Part shown: in pieces, positions 26,928 to 43,655 of the stretch | How positions within the stretch are numbered: position 1 is the stretch's first letter | How the letters are laid out: each line of letters opens with the position of its first letter | Origin: the human T2T-CHM13v2.0 reference genome, Homo sapiens | NCBI RefSeq assembly: GCF_009914755.1 | Contig: NC_060927.1 | Strand: one strand, 5' to 3' | Length of the DNA: 64,000 nucleotides | Translations under genes and position numbers: made by a program | Notes under the pieces: generated by a model | What the model was told of the DNA's origin: nothing | The model's input: the letters and a program-made list of their open reading frames with translations, nothing else | Database searches by the model: none

Positions 26928-27021
26928 GTCTGTTACAATCATAGAGTTCATAATTACTGAGCTTAATTGTCAAGATTAATTGTTGAGCTTACCTACATGA
27001 GTTGTTACAGAGCATGGACAT
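26827..27021 (+). repeat. 195-bp direct repeat, copy B (downstream of exon 2)
   Basis: Partner of 24986-25180; spans the MLT1 end plus unique flank. Confidence 0.97.
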
Positions 27022-28446
27022 TGATTAGATCATATGATTATCAAAGAAGCCTCTCTTCTACCATACCATGCTTCTTCCCCCCGACTATGTGTTGATAGGT
27101 ACTAGTGAAGTTTCACGTACTTATAACAAAGCAGTAATACATTGACAGACATGCAGGAATAAACATAATTTAAAAGGCAGAAACACAGTAATTGTAAAGG
27201 ACATATATTTTATAGCAATCCTGAGAAATAGATATGCTGATCTTAAAATGAATGAGAATGCTAAAATATGCAGAAATCAAACAGGAGAATCAGAAAACCA
27301 TACAAATAAAAGCAATTTTACCACTAGCAAAGCTAGCAGCTAGAAGTGCCATAGTTATATTTACTCAAAGTGATTACAGTATTTTGATTGGTGACACCTC
27401 TAAGTCTCTGTAACAAAGATTTGGGGTTAAATAATAGTGTATTCTTTTTTTGGTAATAGATTAAGAAAAGACAGAGAAAACTCATCAAGGTGCCCCCAAA
27501 TCATATATGTGTGAATAAGAATTATATTCCTACCCTTAAGTTTCATCTTCCTGTCAAAATTCAACATTAACATTTTGCCCTTTAAATATGTATATTGAAT
27601 TAGCATAGGATCTCTAAAAGACCTTTTGTGTTAAATTAAAATGAATTATTAGTCTCAGAACACGTATCAAATCTGAGAAATACTCCAGCTCTTATATTAA
27701 CTTTTATTTATACAAACTGGATGTGATTCAACATGTCCTGTTGCTTTATTCTGATGGGAGAAATCATCATATACCCTTGGTGCACAATTTCATTGTGAAA
27801 GAACAGATTGGATCTATTAAGTAGCCATAGCTACTTAAATGAGATAATCTAAGCTAAACATTGCTCCAGAGGTAAGGATGTTGATAATGACATACACAAG
27901 ACAACACTGCTTTAAATCTGTTTGTTTTGTTAGAGGTTTAATGGTGTGTCTCCCTATTCGCAGATACTATTTTAGTTTAGAAAATTAGATTGTCTGATGA
28001 TAGAGTTCTGTGACTATGCATAGTGATAATATCTTGTTTTTCCAAAACATACTTTTTATTCATTCTGAAATGCCAGCAAATCTTTCACAATTACTTACTT
28101 TTTCCTTGCTATTTTAATTATTATAATTTTTCTAACAGGTTGATACTTTAAATCTCCCTAGACTCTAAATTAAAACTTAAAATTTTTTGACAACCTCTCC
28201 CCTCATTTTCTAAAAATTAACTACAACTTCTAGTGCTTTTACTATAGTCATGGCCTCATAGGCCTTTACAATGAAACTTAATCCATACAGTCATACATGA
28301 TTGATTCTGGGACACTTTTAAAGTTTTGAGTACTTAAAAGTTTAATTGTTCTATTTTAGTATTTTTAAAATATTAGAAGAAAATGAAGGCCCATTTAATT
28401 AGGAAATACAGTTAATAATTATATACTTTTTAACTGTTTCATTGAT

Positions 28447-28937
28447 ATGCATGACAGGCTAAATAATGGCCCCAAAAGATATCTAGGTCCTAATACCTGG
28501 AACCTGTGAGTGCTACTTGATACAGTAAAGTGGATTTTGCAGATGTGATTAAGTTAAAGATCTTCAGATGGGGAGATTAAAATAGCCCTGGACTATCCAG
28601 ATTGTAAGAAGGAGGCAGAGTTAGACCTGACAGAGGGGAAGGCAATGAGGCAGCAGAGCAGAGGGAGACGTGAAGATGCTGCACTGCTAGACTTCAGGAC
28701 TGAGGAAGGGATCATGAGCCATGGGGTGTGATGAAGGAAGCTCTAGATGCTGGGAAAGGCAGGGGGACAGATTCTCCCCTCTATCTGTGGACTGAGCATG
28801 GCTCTGCCTGCACCTTTTTTCAGCCCCGTGAATCCCATTTTGGACTTCTGACCTCCAGGACTCTAAGAAAATAAATATGTACTGTTTTAAGCCATAACAT
28901 TTTTGGTAACTTTTATAGAAGTCATAAGAAACTGAAG
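28447..28937 (+). mobile_element. MLT1 (B/C/D-like) MaLR LTR
   Basis: aataatggccccaaaagatatctaggtcctaatacctggaacctgtga...tttgcagatgtgattaagttaa...ggacttctgacctccagga. Confidence 0.88.
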
Positions 28938-29765
28938 TTTCTTCCTCACTATGCTTTAAGCTTCCAGATGGCAGGGACTATATCTTGCTGGTACTTGGTA
29001 GGGATTCAGTAAATATTTGTTAAATGAATGAATTAATTAATTACCAAAAGTTAATGTTGTTTGTTCTATTTATGTTATCACAGTAGAATAAATTTAGTCA
29101 TATAATATCCTCTGGGGAACTGTTAGTCTGGTTCATTCCTTTATGGTTGCCAGTGTGTATTAAAGTTACAGTCATAAGTTTCTAGAAATAGAATTGTAAT
29201 AACGTTTTAAAAGTTTTAAATCATGCCGTATTTGAAACTCTGTGAGGGCAGGAAATTTCATCTGGTTTATGCTTTACTGATTCTCCATCCCCTAATACAC
29301 AGATTCTAAATATTTGCTAAATGAATAAAAGAAAGCAGCTTCATTCACTTCAACAAATATAGAAATATATTAGAAACTATGATGTGCCAGGCAAGGAGCT
29401 TGATGTTGACCTTCAACAATAGGTCCATAGTCCCTGCCCTCTTCAACCTGACAGTCTAAACAGGGAAACCAGCAAGTAAGTCCACTTAAACTGAGATTCT
29501 GCCCCTTGTGACAAAAAAGTTCTTGACTAATACAGCTTTAAAAATTTGGTTTTGAGGTTGAGTTAGTAACAGAACTCTGCTGGGATAAATGCTTATTCAC
29601 TAATGAAAATGAGGAAAAGAGCAAATAAAAGAATTTTAAGAAGTCACAATAATTCCTGGAAGGAAAAAAAAATCAAGAGGTTTAATATAGACTAAGAACG
29701 TTTATTCTCAGCCCTGAGTTACTGAAAAATCTACATTTCTTAAAGTAGAAAAAATATGTTAATGA

Positions 29766-30197
<432 letters not shown>

Positions 30198-32156
30198 AGA
30201 AATATTTTATTTTTTAATAAATACTGAACAATGTCAGTAATGGGTAGAAGCTGAAAAACCACGTAGGGTCAAATTTTGTTGACCCTAGAATGTCACCTGC
30301 CTAAGAAACCCAAGATTAACTGATGTGATTAACTGTCACATTTTCCCACAGTGAAAAATTCTCAGAATGCACAAGATGATTCTATTTTATTAAATCTTTC
30401 ACCTTACCATGGCTTTTATGTACAATTTGAAAAATATTAGACAGATTTCAAAATTTAGTTCCAATCTTTAAAAATTTGATAATTATTAAAAATGTTTAAT
30501 AAAGACTTGATGATAATAGGTTGAATCGTGTGCTATATCTGTTCTTATGAGTTAACCAGGGTTAGAGATAGCACAATTTTATCTGCGGACTATTAGAAGA
30601 TCTGCAGTCCTTAAGAAGAGTGTCAGTGAGTGTCAATGGCTGCTATTATAACTCAAACATAATAAACAATAGCAGAATAGTAGTTACAAGGAGTGTGATT
30701 TTCCTGATACTAAATATTCATATCATCTTAAGAATTTCTGCCTAATGTATTCTCTTTTAACATTCTTATTTTAACTAAGTACTACTATTTAAATGGTAGT
30801 TTATAAAACATTCACTTGGTTCATAAATATAACCACTTTTTTGTCATTTGTGTTTGTTTTGCCATGGGTTAAGGACTTTTATATGTATTTTATGAAATTA
30901 CGGACTGAATACCTATTTGGTTAGTCCTGAAGAAGTACCAGTTATTCAGTATGAGACTTGGTTTTATCATGAAGAAGTGCAATAATTCAAGAAAGTCAAC
31001 ATAGAGCTAGTCACATGTATTGGCAGACTAGAATCAAAGCCCTCCTTGAGGGATTCTAATTATTGTGTTATGCCAACAGGGCCTAATGAGCTGGTTTCTC
31101 CTACTGTATTAATTACTCTTGAAGAATAAACTGAGACTCAAAATTATAATAAGTCTTTGCAGCCATCATTTTTATGTAATGTTTGCTGACAAATGTGGTT
31201 ATATTATTTTCAAAACTTCTCCCAAAGTAGTTGACTTTTAACACTAAAATAAAGTTGTTTTTAGGGCTGATACCCATAAAGAAAGAAAAAATCTATTTTG
31301 TCAGTATTTTTACATAGCTTACTTCTTTATAAATAACACAGCCTGAAAGTGAATCTGGGAGAAACTGTCACTCTTTCTAAATACTCACAGTCAGGCACCT
31401 AGGAAAAAGGGACATTGGAAAGTATTTATGATTGCTTGAATTTCACTCTATTTCAAACATAGCCTTTTATTGAATTGAGAGGCAGAGCAAACGAACTACC
31501 TGAGAGAGAAAACCAGAAGAATGAAAATATTCACTATGACCAAGATTTCTTCAAAGACAACGATGTATCACACAGCAAATCCATGAAAATTGGCAGGTGT
31601 AATAAACCTGCTTTGCTCAAGGATCCCAGAAGCACATACTGGATATTCCTTTGGGTCAGAGTGTGAATGAATATTGAGTACGTCACAACCCACACTCTGC
31701 CTACGGTCTTGTTTGGATTTATTGTTAGCATAATAGCACCTTTAAGAATGGAACACCAGGCTGTATTTTTAAGCCAAGTGACATCTTCGCAATTTCTAAT
31801 AGAAATGGTCCAATTTAGAAATGCTGAAAACACCATTTTCATGCAATGCTTACTGATAAAGGTGGTTATATGATTATCAAACCTTCTTCCAAAGTAATTG
31901 ATTCTTAAACCTTAAATGAAATTGTTAGGACTGATAAGAATGTAGGAAAAAAAATTATGTTTTGTCAGCACTGGGGGGAAATGATTGGTATGCAGACTGG
32001 CATACTATAGGAAATGTAGGCTCTTAGTTGAATGGAATGTGAGTAATTGTGTTTTCACCATGAAGTCTTTGAAGGAGAGGGTCAAGTATGCTATGGAAGT
32101 AATAACACCAGGTCATATTTTCACTTTAAGGGTACTCAAAAATAGCTATGCTATGA

Positions 32157-32531
<375 letters not shown>

Positions 32532-32539
32532 TAAACAAC

Positions 32540-33090
32540 TCCAGATGCTTAAAATCAAACTCCTTGCCATTCCATCAAGTCACGAAACAATCTGGCTTCT
32601 TCTGCCTACCTCTTTCATCTCTACTTTTACTTAACTTCCCTTTGCTCATTGCATTAGAGTCACATTTTTTTCTTATGCTCATCAAAATACCAAGATTGTT
32701 CTCTGCTTAGGGTCTTTGCATGTGCTGTTCAGTCGTGTGAAACACTCTTCACATCTTTCTATGACTGGCTCTTTCCATTATACCCATCTCCAATCAGTCA
32801 CCTCCATAGTCTGACGTTCCCTTAGGACCTTGTCTGGGTAAGTAGTAGCTTATCCCACTATTGGTCCTAGTCACTCTTGTCAACCTTTTTTACTGTTTTC
32901 AATGAGCTCGTCGCTATCTGGAATTAACTTATTTATACATTGTTTACCAGTGCACTTTCTGCCTATACCTAGAGGAATATAAGTTTTATGTAGTTAAAAT
33001 ATTGTGAGTCGTATAAGTGGCTGCATCACTGATGCCTAGTACAGTGCCTGACGCATGGTACGCACTCAATAAATATTTAAAATAAATGAG
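32540..33090 (+). mobile_element. L2a 3' region
   Basis: agggtctttgcatgtgctgttc...acagtgcctgacgcatggtacgcactcaataaatattt. Confidence 0.85.
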
Positions 33091-33529
33091 CACGTTATTG
33101 ACCTCTCAAAATAAGACCCCAAGACTGCTTAGGGATAAACCAATATTCCCAAACACCTTTAGCAATTGAACTGGTTCTTGTTAGAATCTACTTTTAGGCA
33201 TAAATGTTTTAGTCACAATATATCTTTTGGGCTTAGGATTTTTTTTTTAATTTTTAAAAACTATGCTGTATACTGAAAGTAGAAAGCTATTCCTAATTTT
33301 TGAAACGAATACAGTTTGCTTAGACACACTTGACCTAGGCAGGGGTAACTTCAGTGTGGTTTGTTCAGGGAGTAGAACATTTAACATACAGCCAGTGCTG
33401 TTTCAGTATTACTGGGTAGCAAATACACGTTGACTTTGTGTCACAAATAATTTAAATATTTAAACTTGTGGGCTGTATTTTATCTCAAGATGTATTTTTT
33501 TATTCCTTTTTAGTTCTGTCATTACCAGT

Positions 33530-34020
33530 CAAGTTGATCCACCATTGCCTCTCCCCCCAAGACATTTGTACCAGCCTCCTACAGTTTCTCTCTATTTTGA
33601 GGCATCCTCTGTGTCCTTTCCAAGACTTAGCTTATTGACACAGATGCCTATGCAGAGAAAACTTCATAAAGCACGGCTGATTTTGTCATTACTCTATGTC
33701 AAGACCTTTACAGATCCCATCTCCTATAAAGTTCAAACTGTCTAATCAAGCATTCAAATTCAATTTCCTTCAACAAATATTGGAAGTTCTCCAATTAATT
33801 CAATTCTACCTGTGTCATGAGCCATGCCTTCCCTTACTCTCCTTCATGTATCCTTTATTCAAGTCAGACTGTGCTACTTGTAAGATCTCTGCACTTTTTA
33901 AAAATCCCCAAGTCTCTCCTTATATCATTGTGATATTCTGCATTGTTCTTCTTCAGATCCATTTCCATTTATTAAAGGCAAATCCAATCTTTAACACACT
34001 TATTCGAATGCTATGTTCAT
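33530..34020 (+). mobile_element. L2 fragment
   Basis: ccagcctcctacagtttctc...ataaagttcaaactgtct. Confidence 0.55.
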
Positions 34021-34350
34021 TCTGATTAATCCTCCCAGTAACATATTCTTCCATTTTCTCCTGAAACCTTGATTCTGTGAAGAAGAATTTTGTCATTTCC
34101 ACACTCTTTGCTTAGAATCAGGTCATTTCTCTCAAATATATGCTCATTCTGAGAAATATATAGTATTTACACTTGTTGAATTTGTAACTGTAGAATTCTT
34201 AGTCTTAAAGGGAAAATAAAAACTCAACTCAAATATTTGACTCGTTATACCTCATAACTAGTGCATTCGAGTTTATAAAGCACTTTATGAATAGTGTTTC
34301 ATCTGATCTTGATAGTGGGCAAAGGAAGAAACGATATTTGAGTCTCAGAC

Positions 34351-34769
34351 TTTCTTTCTTTCTTTCTTTTTCTTTTCTTTCTTTCTTTCTCTTTCTTTCT
34401 TTCTTGCTCTTGCTCTTTCCCTTCCTTCCTTCCTTCCTTTCCCTCCCTTCCTTCCTTCCTTCCTTCTTCTTTCTTTTTCTTTCTTTTTTTCCAGTCTCGC
34501 TCTGTTGCCAAGGCTGAAGTGCAATGGCGCTATCAAAGCTCACTTACTGCTGGCTTGACCTCCTAGGCTTAAACAATCCTCCTACCTCAGCCTCCTGAGT
34601 AGCTGGGACTATAAGCATGCACCATCGTGCCTGGCTAATTTTTTATTTTTTGTAGAGACTGCCTCTCACTGTGTTGCTCAGGCTGGTCTTGACTTCTTGG
34701 CCCAAGCAATCCTCCTACCTTGGCCTCCCAAAGTGCTGGGATTACAGGCATGAGTCACTGCACCTTGCC
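34351..34769 (-). mobile_element. AluJ whose tail has become a (TTTC)n/(TTCC)n tract (34351-34490)
   Basis: Antisense AluJ body 34492-34769 preceded by a polypyrimidine microsatellite. Confidence 0.93.
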
Positions 34770-36305
<1,536 letters not shown>

Positions 36306-36331
36306 AAGATTGTTTCTTGACACAGACTCAA

Positions 36332-36725
36332 TTTTTTTTTTGGCAGCGGGCAGGATTTTCCTCTGTCACTCAGGCTGGAGTGCAGTGGCAAGATCATAGC
36401 TCACTGCACCCTCAAATTTGTGAGCTTGAACTATCTTCCCACCTCCACCTCCTGACTAGCTGAAACTACAGGCTCATACCACAATGCCTGGCTAATTTTA
36501 TATATATATACATATATATACACACATATATATGTGTGTGTATATATGTGTATATATATACACACATATATATACACACACATATATATACACACACATA
36601 TATATGTGTGTGTATATATATGTATATATACACACACATATATACATACATATATATACACACATATATATACACATATATATACACACACATATATATA
36701 TATACACACACACATATATATATAT

Positions 36726-36758
<33 letters not shown>

Positions 36759-36823
36759 GACAAGGTCTTGCTAATTCTTAAACTCCTGGCCTCAAGTGAT
36801 CCTTTTGCTTAAGACTCCCAAGT
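36332..36823 (-). mobile_element. AluJ, 5'-truncated, linker expanded into a ~260-bp microsatellite
   Basis: Arms at 36332-36496 and 36758-36823; TSD acagactcaa. Confidence 0.88.
36497..36757. repeat. Compound (TA)/(CA)/(TG) microsatellite
   Basis: Directly visible alternating purine-pyrimidine tract. Confidence 0.98.
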
Positions 36824-36949
36824 AACAGACTCAAATTTATGAAACAGTTAACCTTTAAAATCTGAAACCAATTTAAAGGGGGAAATCACCCAGGGCCTTG
36901 TAAGTCATACTAAGGAACTGGATTGTGTTCAAATTACCGCCTAATTACC

Positions 36950-37338
36950 ATAGTGGGGGCTTATTCATGGAGGATATGTGCCAATCCTCCCAGTGGATGC
37001 CTACAACCATGAACAGTCCCAAGCCCTATACGCATTATGTTTCTTCAGTCTGATAACAGAGCCAGCTACTAAGTGATTAAAGGTGGGTAGCATACACAGC
37101 GGGGGTGCACTGGACAAAGGGATGATTTCCTTTCTGGGTGGGACAGACTGGAATGGAGCAGGATGGTGTGGGATGACTGGAGATTTCATCACACTACCCA
37201 GAATGCAATTTAAAACTTATGACTTGTTTATTTCCAAAATTTAGCGTTTAATATTTTTGGACCTTGGTTGAGCATGGTAGCTGAAACTGGGGAAACTGAA
37301 ACCACAGAAAGTAAAACTGTGGATAAGGCGGGACTATT
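36950..37338 (-). mobile_element. MER44A-like (TcMar-Tigger)
   Basis: cccagtggatgcct...ctgataacagagccagctactaagtga...tggacaaagggatgatt...ggataaggcgggacta. Confidence 0.85.
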
Positions 37339-37581
37339 ATATATAGAATTTTTTTTTATTTTGGCAAATATACTGTCATTAATTTTATTTCTTTTTATCT
37401 TATAAAAATAAATACCTTAATATATTTATCTAGTATAAATTGACAGAACAATTAATCTATATAAAAATAATCTGGTTCTCAAACTTAACTTCACATTGGA
37501 ATCACTTGAGGACATTTAAAAAATACTGTTACTACAATCCCACTTAGAAATTTAGAGTTAATTTATCTGTGTTCAATGTAA

Positions 37582-37892
<311 letters not shown>

Positions 37893-37899
37893 AATCATT

Positions 37900-38115
37900 C
37901 AGTTTTTAATTTTTATTAAAATCCAAAATATCTCAGTAAGTATAATGTGCATAAATTGTGTCAGTTCAATGAATTTTCATAAATTCAACCTACCCATGTA
38001 AGCAGCACACAAATCAAGATGCAACCATGGCTGGATCCCAGAAGCCCTTTCCAATCACAGCTGAGACACAGAAGGGTAGCCATTATCTGACTTCTCATCA
38101 CACAATTTACTTTTA

Positions 38116-38171
<56 letters not shown>

Positions 38172-38365
38172 TACCTATATGGTCATTTAGTGTGTATTCT
38201 TTCATTTCTGGCTTGTTTCATTCAATATCGGGTTTGTGAGATTCATCCAAGTTGTTGTGTATAATGGCAAGTTTGCTTACTCTCATTGCTGGGTAGTACA
38301 TTATTCCATTGTATGAATCTTTTACAGCCTGCCTTTCCATTCTACTCATGATGGACCTTGGTGTT
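37900..38365 (-). mobile_element. L1M (MC/MD/ME) 3' end
   Basis: tcaatgaattttcataaa...cacacaaatcaagat...gtttgtgagattcatcca. Confidence 0.75.
38119..38166. repeat. (TA)24 microsatellite
   Basis: 48 nt uninterrupted. Confidence 0.99.
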
Positions 38366-38589
38366 TTTAAAAGGACCTAAGTGCTTTTAAAAGCTAAGCA
38401 AATGATTCTAGTATGCTGTTTCTGAGGTTGAGTATCACCAATGTAGTCATAAATGTACGTAAAAAAAAAAAAAAAGAAAAATTAATTTGATATCCCATTA
38501 GGCTTCCATAGAATTTGTGGTAGTGTTTTTAAATTTGCATAATTCTCATTTTTATTTATCTCTAGTTGAAAATTACCGACATATTTAGC

Positions 38590-39423
38590 CAGGGTGTGCT
38601 GGAGCTGACTCGTAGCAGCTCATGAAAGCTGAGTGTTAGTTTCAGGAATTTTGTAAGCAAGTCGTTTAAACACAGCTATTATTAAAAATTAAATAGACAT
38701 CCAATTAAAATAATTATATTCAAAATTTCATAAATATTTAAAATTCATTACTTCCAAATTATTTTAGAATATTTTCCTATTACTTATGGTCTTGAGGTTG
38801 TTCATATCTATTGTATTTGTATGGTGGAAATATCATATCATGGAAACTACTGTGCATTTCTTCCCAAATTATGTCATGTTATTATCTGGAAATCACTCAT
38901 GGGTAGTATTTACACCACAGCAACTGGCAAAAGCTACAAAGCAGGTCCTCACTTAGTGTTGATGCTGAAAGAGTTTCAGTAATGGATATAATTTGTATGA
39001 CAGTGAGAAATAGTCTAAGATTATATTGCATATAATGATATATGATTATATATATATGATATATATATATATATAATGATAGCAAATGCTTACTGGGAAT
39101 AAAGTTAGCAGCAGATTGGGATACAATTCCAATTGTCAGGTCATGGTTGAACTGCAACTGAAGCTTAGCTAGAGACATAAATATTCAATAAAACTTAGCA
39201 AAAGCCTTCTATGAAAATCAATTGACTTATGGAATTTGTAATTAATTATGATATTATATATTTTATTATTTTTAATTGTGGGCTACACATCACATCCATT
39301 GCATTAGTAAATTTGATAATAAACATGTGTATATACATATATATACATTTATATGCACACAAATATATGTATCCACATTCTTTTCAGAGACATGGTTGTT
39401 AAATAACTGCTAGCATGCTGCTC
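38590..39423. mobile_element. MER63-family (hAT-Blackjack)
   Basis: ggtgtgctggagctgactcgta...ttcaggaattttgtaagc...ttttcagagacatggttgttaaa. Confidence 0.75.
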
Positions 39424-39547
39424 TGTTGAGCTATGTTTTATTTTTTAGCCATTTTTATTAGTGGAAGTATGCCATGTTTTGCAGATTTATTCGGTACAAA
39501 AAACAAGGTAGAGAAGTAAGTACCAAGACCCCATGGTGCCCTTAGGA

Positions 39548-39564
39548 ATATATATATATATATG

Positions 39565-39604
<40 letters not shown>

Positions 39605-39645
39605 TATATATGTTCTGTACATGTATATGTGTGTAGATATATATT
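39548..39645. repeat. (TA)n(CA)n microsatellite
   Basis: Directly visible. Confidence 0.97.
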
Positions 39646-41184
39646 TTCTATACATGTTACATTACACTAAATGATATTGTAATTGTTTTGTCTATTTTAG
39701 CACTAATTTAGATTTTGATATTTTATTTTTCATACAGAATTAGTACTAAATTGAAGAACAAAGATAACATATTTGGACTCAGTTAAAAAAAAATCTCAAT
39801 CTGAAGATACCTAATAGTTTACCAGAAAACAGATGAAGAGTTTCTTTCCTCCCTCATAAAAAATCAAACTTGGTTTACCGAACCTTGCAGCTAACAACAG
39901 GTGCTGTCTGCTCACTTTGCCAGAAGCTCACAATAGAACAGATTGGGTACACACAGAACTAAAAACAACATTTGAGTAAGGAACAAAACCCTCCCAAATA
40001 TTCTGACCAGCTCTATAATCAGTTCTTAATATTGAGCCTGGAAACAATAATGATTTCTTTAATGTCAAAATGGGCAAAGAACCTTGTTTGTTTTGTTTTG
40101 TTTTACCTGTATTTGTGCACATGGGAATTTCAGAAAGCACTTATAATCAAACACAAAAGTGCTACATTTGGGGTTGTACAGCTCAGAAGGGAGGGGAAAA
40201 AAAACCCCTTCTTCTTCGTAAAAGTCTTACAGAGAATCACCAATCACAGAGGGAGAAGTGTGTTCTAATATCAAATCTGTGTGGCTGCACCATCCCTTCT
40301 TAATTGCCAATTGTCTTTTCCACTTTGTCCTCTTTCTGTAACATTGCTAAACTGAATCTGAGGCCAGGGCTTTAACTTGATATATCTAAGTTCATGGCCA
40401 TACATTTATTTTACTTACTCAAACACTTAGTCTCTCAAATAGAATTGATGATTTGTCAAATGATTTGTTGTTGCATAATGACATAGCTGTGGAAGCCGGA
40501 TCTTGCTTTATGTTTGAGAACACATTTCCAGAGTCCAAAAGCACGTGAGGATTGATGGCACAGATGGGCTTGAAGAACTGGTTTCAGAAGTGCCATCTTC
40601 TACTCAACTGCCAGTTTTTCTGTTTATCATCTAGCTAGACATTCTGACCCTTTGTATCCTCCCATTGCTTATATTTTTACAACGTCAAAATCACTCCAAA
40701 TGAGAAATGTGGGAACAGAAAAGCAAAGCAAAGAGTATTCAGACCACAGAAAATCATCTGTGCCTAGGGACTGGCCTGGCAGCCTCTTGTTTTCTGTTTG
40801 TCCCTTGAAGACAATGGAATTGTAATCCTTGTACCAGGAGATCACACCATCCTTTCCAGTTCTGATTACCCAATGATTCTAAGATGAGAAGCGTTACACA
40901 GTTTTACAATTTCTTAATAGTTCTGATGAAAGAATATATGAGGACAACGCAGCTTGTTTTAGCTAAAAGGCAATTTGGGACTCTTCTGTGAATTTTATTT
41001 ATCCATCTTATGCTATTCCCTTGGGTAATTATGAGTGAATTGCTCTGTGCTGTGTTTCATCAAACTTTTTCTGACTGTTATTTTGAAATTATTATCAAGA
41101 GCATCACTGAAGGAACATAGTCACAAATGGATAATGCTTATTAAACTGCAGTGTTATATTTGAATGCCACTATTCTATGGCTAA

Positions 41185-41508
<324 letters not shown>

Positions 41509-43394
41509 AAAGCTCATTGATTAGTCTGCCTGTCTGTCAATGCGGTCAATCAGTTAATTCAGTGAGATACTCAGACACTCCAAACAAACTATTAATCTGA
41601 GGAGACAACCTGAAACACATGATTAGCAGCTGATGTCGTAAGAACATAAACACTTAGCCAATCTGTAATCAATGGATTCATCTCAATTTAAACTACTGCT
41701 TCTTTTAGTGGTAAACATTGAAGAGCAGGGGAAATCTGCACCAGGAAACAACAAGTTTCACTAGACTGACAACCTTGGCTGAGCTAGAACTATGTTTTCA
41801 GAATTTCTCTTCCCTATCCAGATCTGGATTAGAGATGAACAAAAAGGAAATTTGTGTGAGATTTGGAAGGTGGAAATGATGCTACTCTGTGAAAGCTGCA
41901 TGTAAGTTTGTCTGGTGAGAAAGAGACACAGGTTAACAGAGAGCTCGTCCTCTGTTTCCTTCTTCATATCCAGGTTTTGGCCCAACTGGTGGCACTACTG
42001 ACCAACATTGACCTTAGGTCCACTCCAGTTTTAGAGGCAACAGTTCACAAACGCTTCCCCTTCACATGCCCATTCTGGCAGCTGAACTTGCTGGCTTCCT
42101 TGCAAGATCTGACTTGACCACCTGCTCCAGTGCCCAAGAGGGCTTGTTAGCAGTATCACTGTGATATTTCCCCTCTCACTTTTGTACCATCATCTTCTCT
42201 TACAATTACATAAGGTCTTCCTCCTAAAATGAATCCTCTATTTTACATGATTCACAGTAGTTTTGCTTTCCTGATTGAACCGTAACTAGTATCTGTACAG
42301 TTCAAATTTGTCATACATGACAGGGGAATGATATCCAAATCACTATACTTTGGTTTTTCCTATGATAGCTGGTGAATATGGAGGCTTTGGAGGGGCTATA
42401 GTTTTCATGTAGAATGTGATTAGGATACTGAAGAAATTCTTGACATATATTAGGACTCAGAAGCCTATGCAACTTGGCATAGGTATTTTTTGTCTCTTCC
42501 TCTGTATTGTGAAGCCTCCCTGTGCCATTTAGTTTTTAGGCAGCAGTTCCTGCTTACCATCCAAACCCCTTTTGAACCTTACAGAATCCCCAAAAGTCAG
42601 CCTTGGCCTTAAGTCCCACAGTACTGTGCTTTACCTAGGGAGCATGTTAATTCATGCATAAAAATTAAGGACTCAAGGTACATTATATCACTGTACATCT
42701 GAGTGGATTTTTTTGTGGCTTAACCTTGATTTTTAGTGCTATAACCCAAATAAAGAAAAATGCAAGCATGCATTGGAGGGTATTGGGCTGTAATAAGGTA
42801 ATAAGGACTGTTTCAGTGGTATCATATATAGTGCTTTACAGAATATAGGGTATTTTCACACCTCACCTCATTTACAGTTCATGATCTCTCATGACATTAT
42901 TAGAGGGTCAGAGATGTTACATGCTTGTCCATGGTTATTTGTGTGGCTTGGAGGAACCAGAAACCAACCAAGTGTTCATATCCTAGTGTTCATTTCACTG
43001 AAAGATCTGGCTTTTTAATGAAGCCGTTGGCTCTTCCCATTCCCATTCTCATTACCGCTCATCTAGGCTGTTGCGGAAGACTCTGCAATCCTCTTTTCTC
43101 CTATTATCAGCCCCACTCTTCCTCCCATTACACCAATAGGAAATCATAATAGTTTTATGTTTCTCATTTTGCACATGAGTTTCAATGGTCCATCTGCTTG
43201 GATCAAACGCTTCAAGTGCTGTCCCTTTGCTGCAGAACCAGATAGATTCTTCTCAACCTTGTATTGAAGCTCTAGCAGGATTCCAATGAGCTTTTTCAAA
43301 CTTTTTTCCTACCTTTCTTCTATAAAGACACTTTGTGCTGGCCAAACTGAGTGCATCACCCCCACTACACACACACACTCACTTCTACAAGGAC

Positions 43395-43655
43395 TTATAA
43401 TAATAATAATCACAACAGCTACCTGCATTGACCATTTAGTAGCTGCTGAGTATCTCACTAGTTCTTTATCTATATTACCCAGGCAATAACCATGAGATGT
43501 GCATTACTATTGTTTCCATTTGTAATGAAGAAATCAAAGCTGAAGAGGTTAAGTGACTTACTCAAGATAACATGGCAGGTCAGTAACAGAAGTTGTATTT
43601 TAGCACGGACTGAATTTTAAAATGGCACTCTCAAACTCTCTGTGCCACTGCCTTT
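43395..43655 (-). mobile_element. MIR
   Basis: ccatttgtaatgaagaaatcaaagctgaagaggttaagtgacttactcaag. Confidence 0.8.

Noticed and set aside
22475-27877. Isolated strong donor motifs (CAG|GTAAGA near 22478; GAG|GTAAGG near 27872)
   Set aside because: I could not pair them with a convincing upstream acceptor; such motifs are frequent in long introns.
34229-34543. K/E/R-rich and F/L/S-rich ORFs
   Set aside because: Translations of the (TTTC)/(TTCC) Alu tail.
36431-36812. Six overlapping ORFs rich in Y/I/C/V/H/T
   Set aside because: Translations of a dinucleotide microsatellite.
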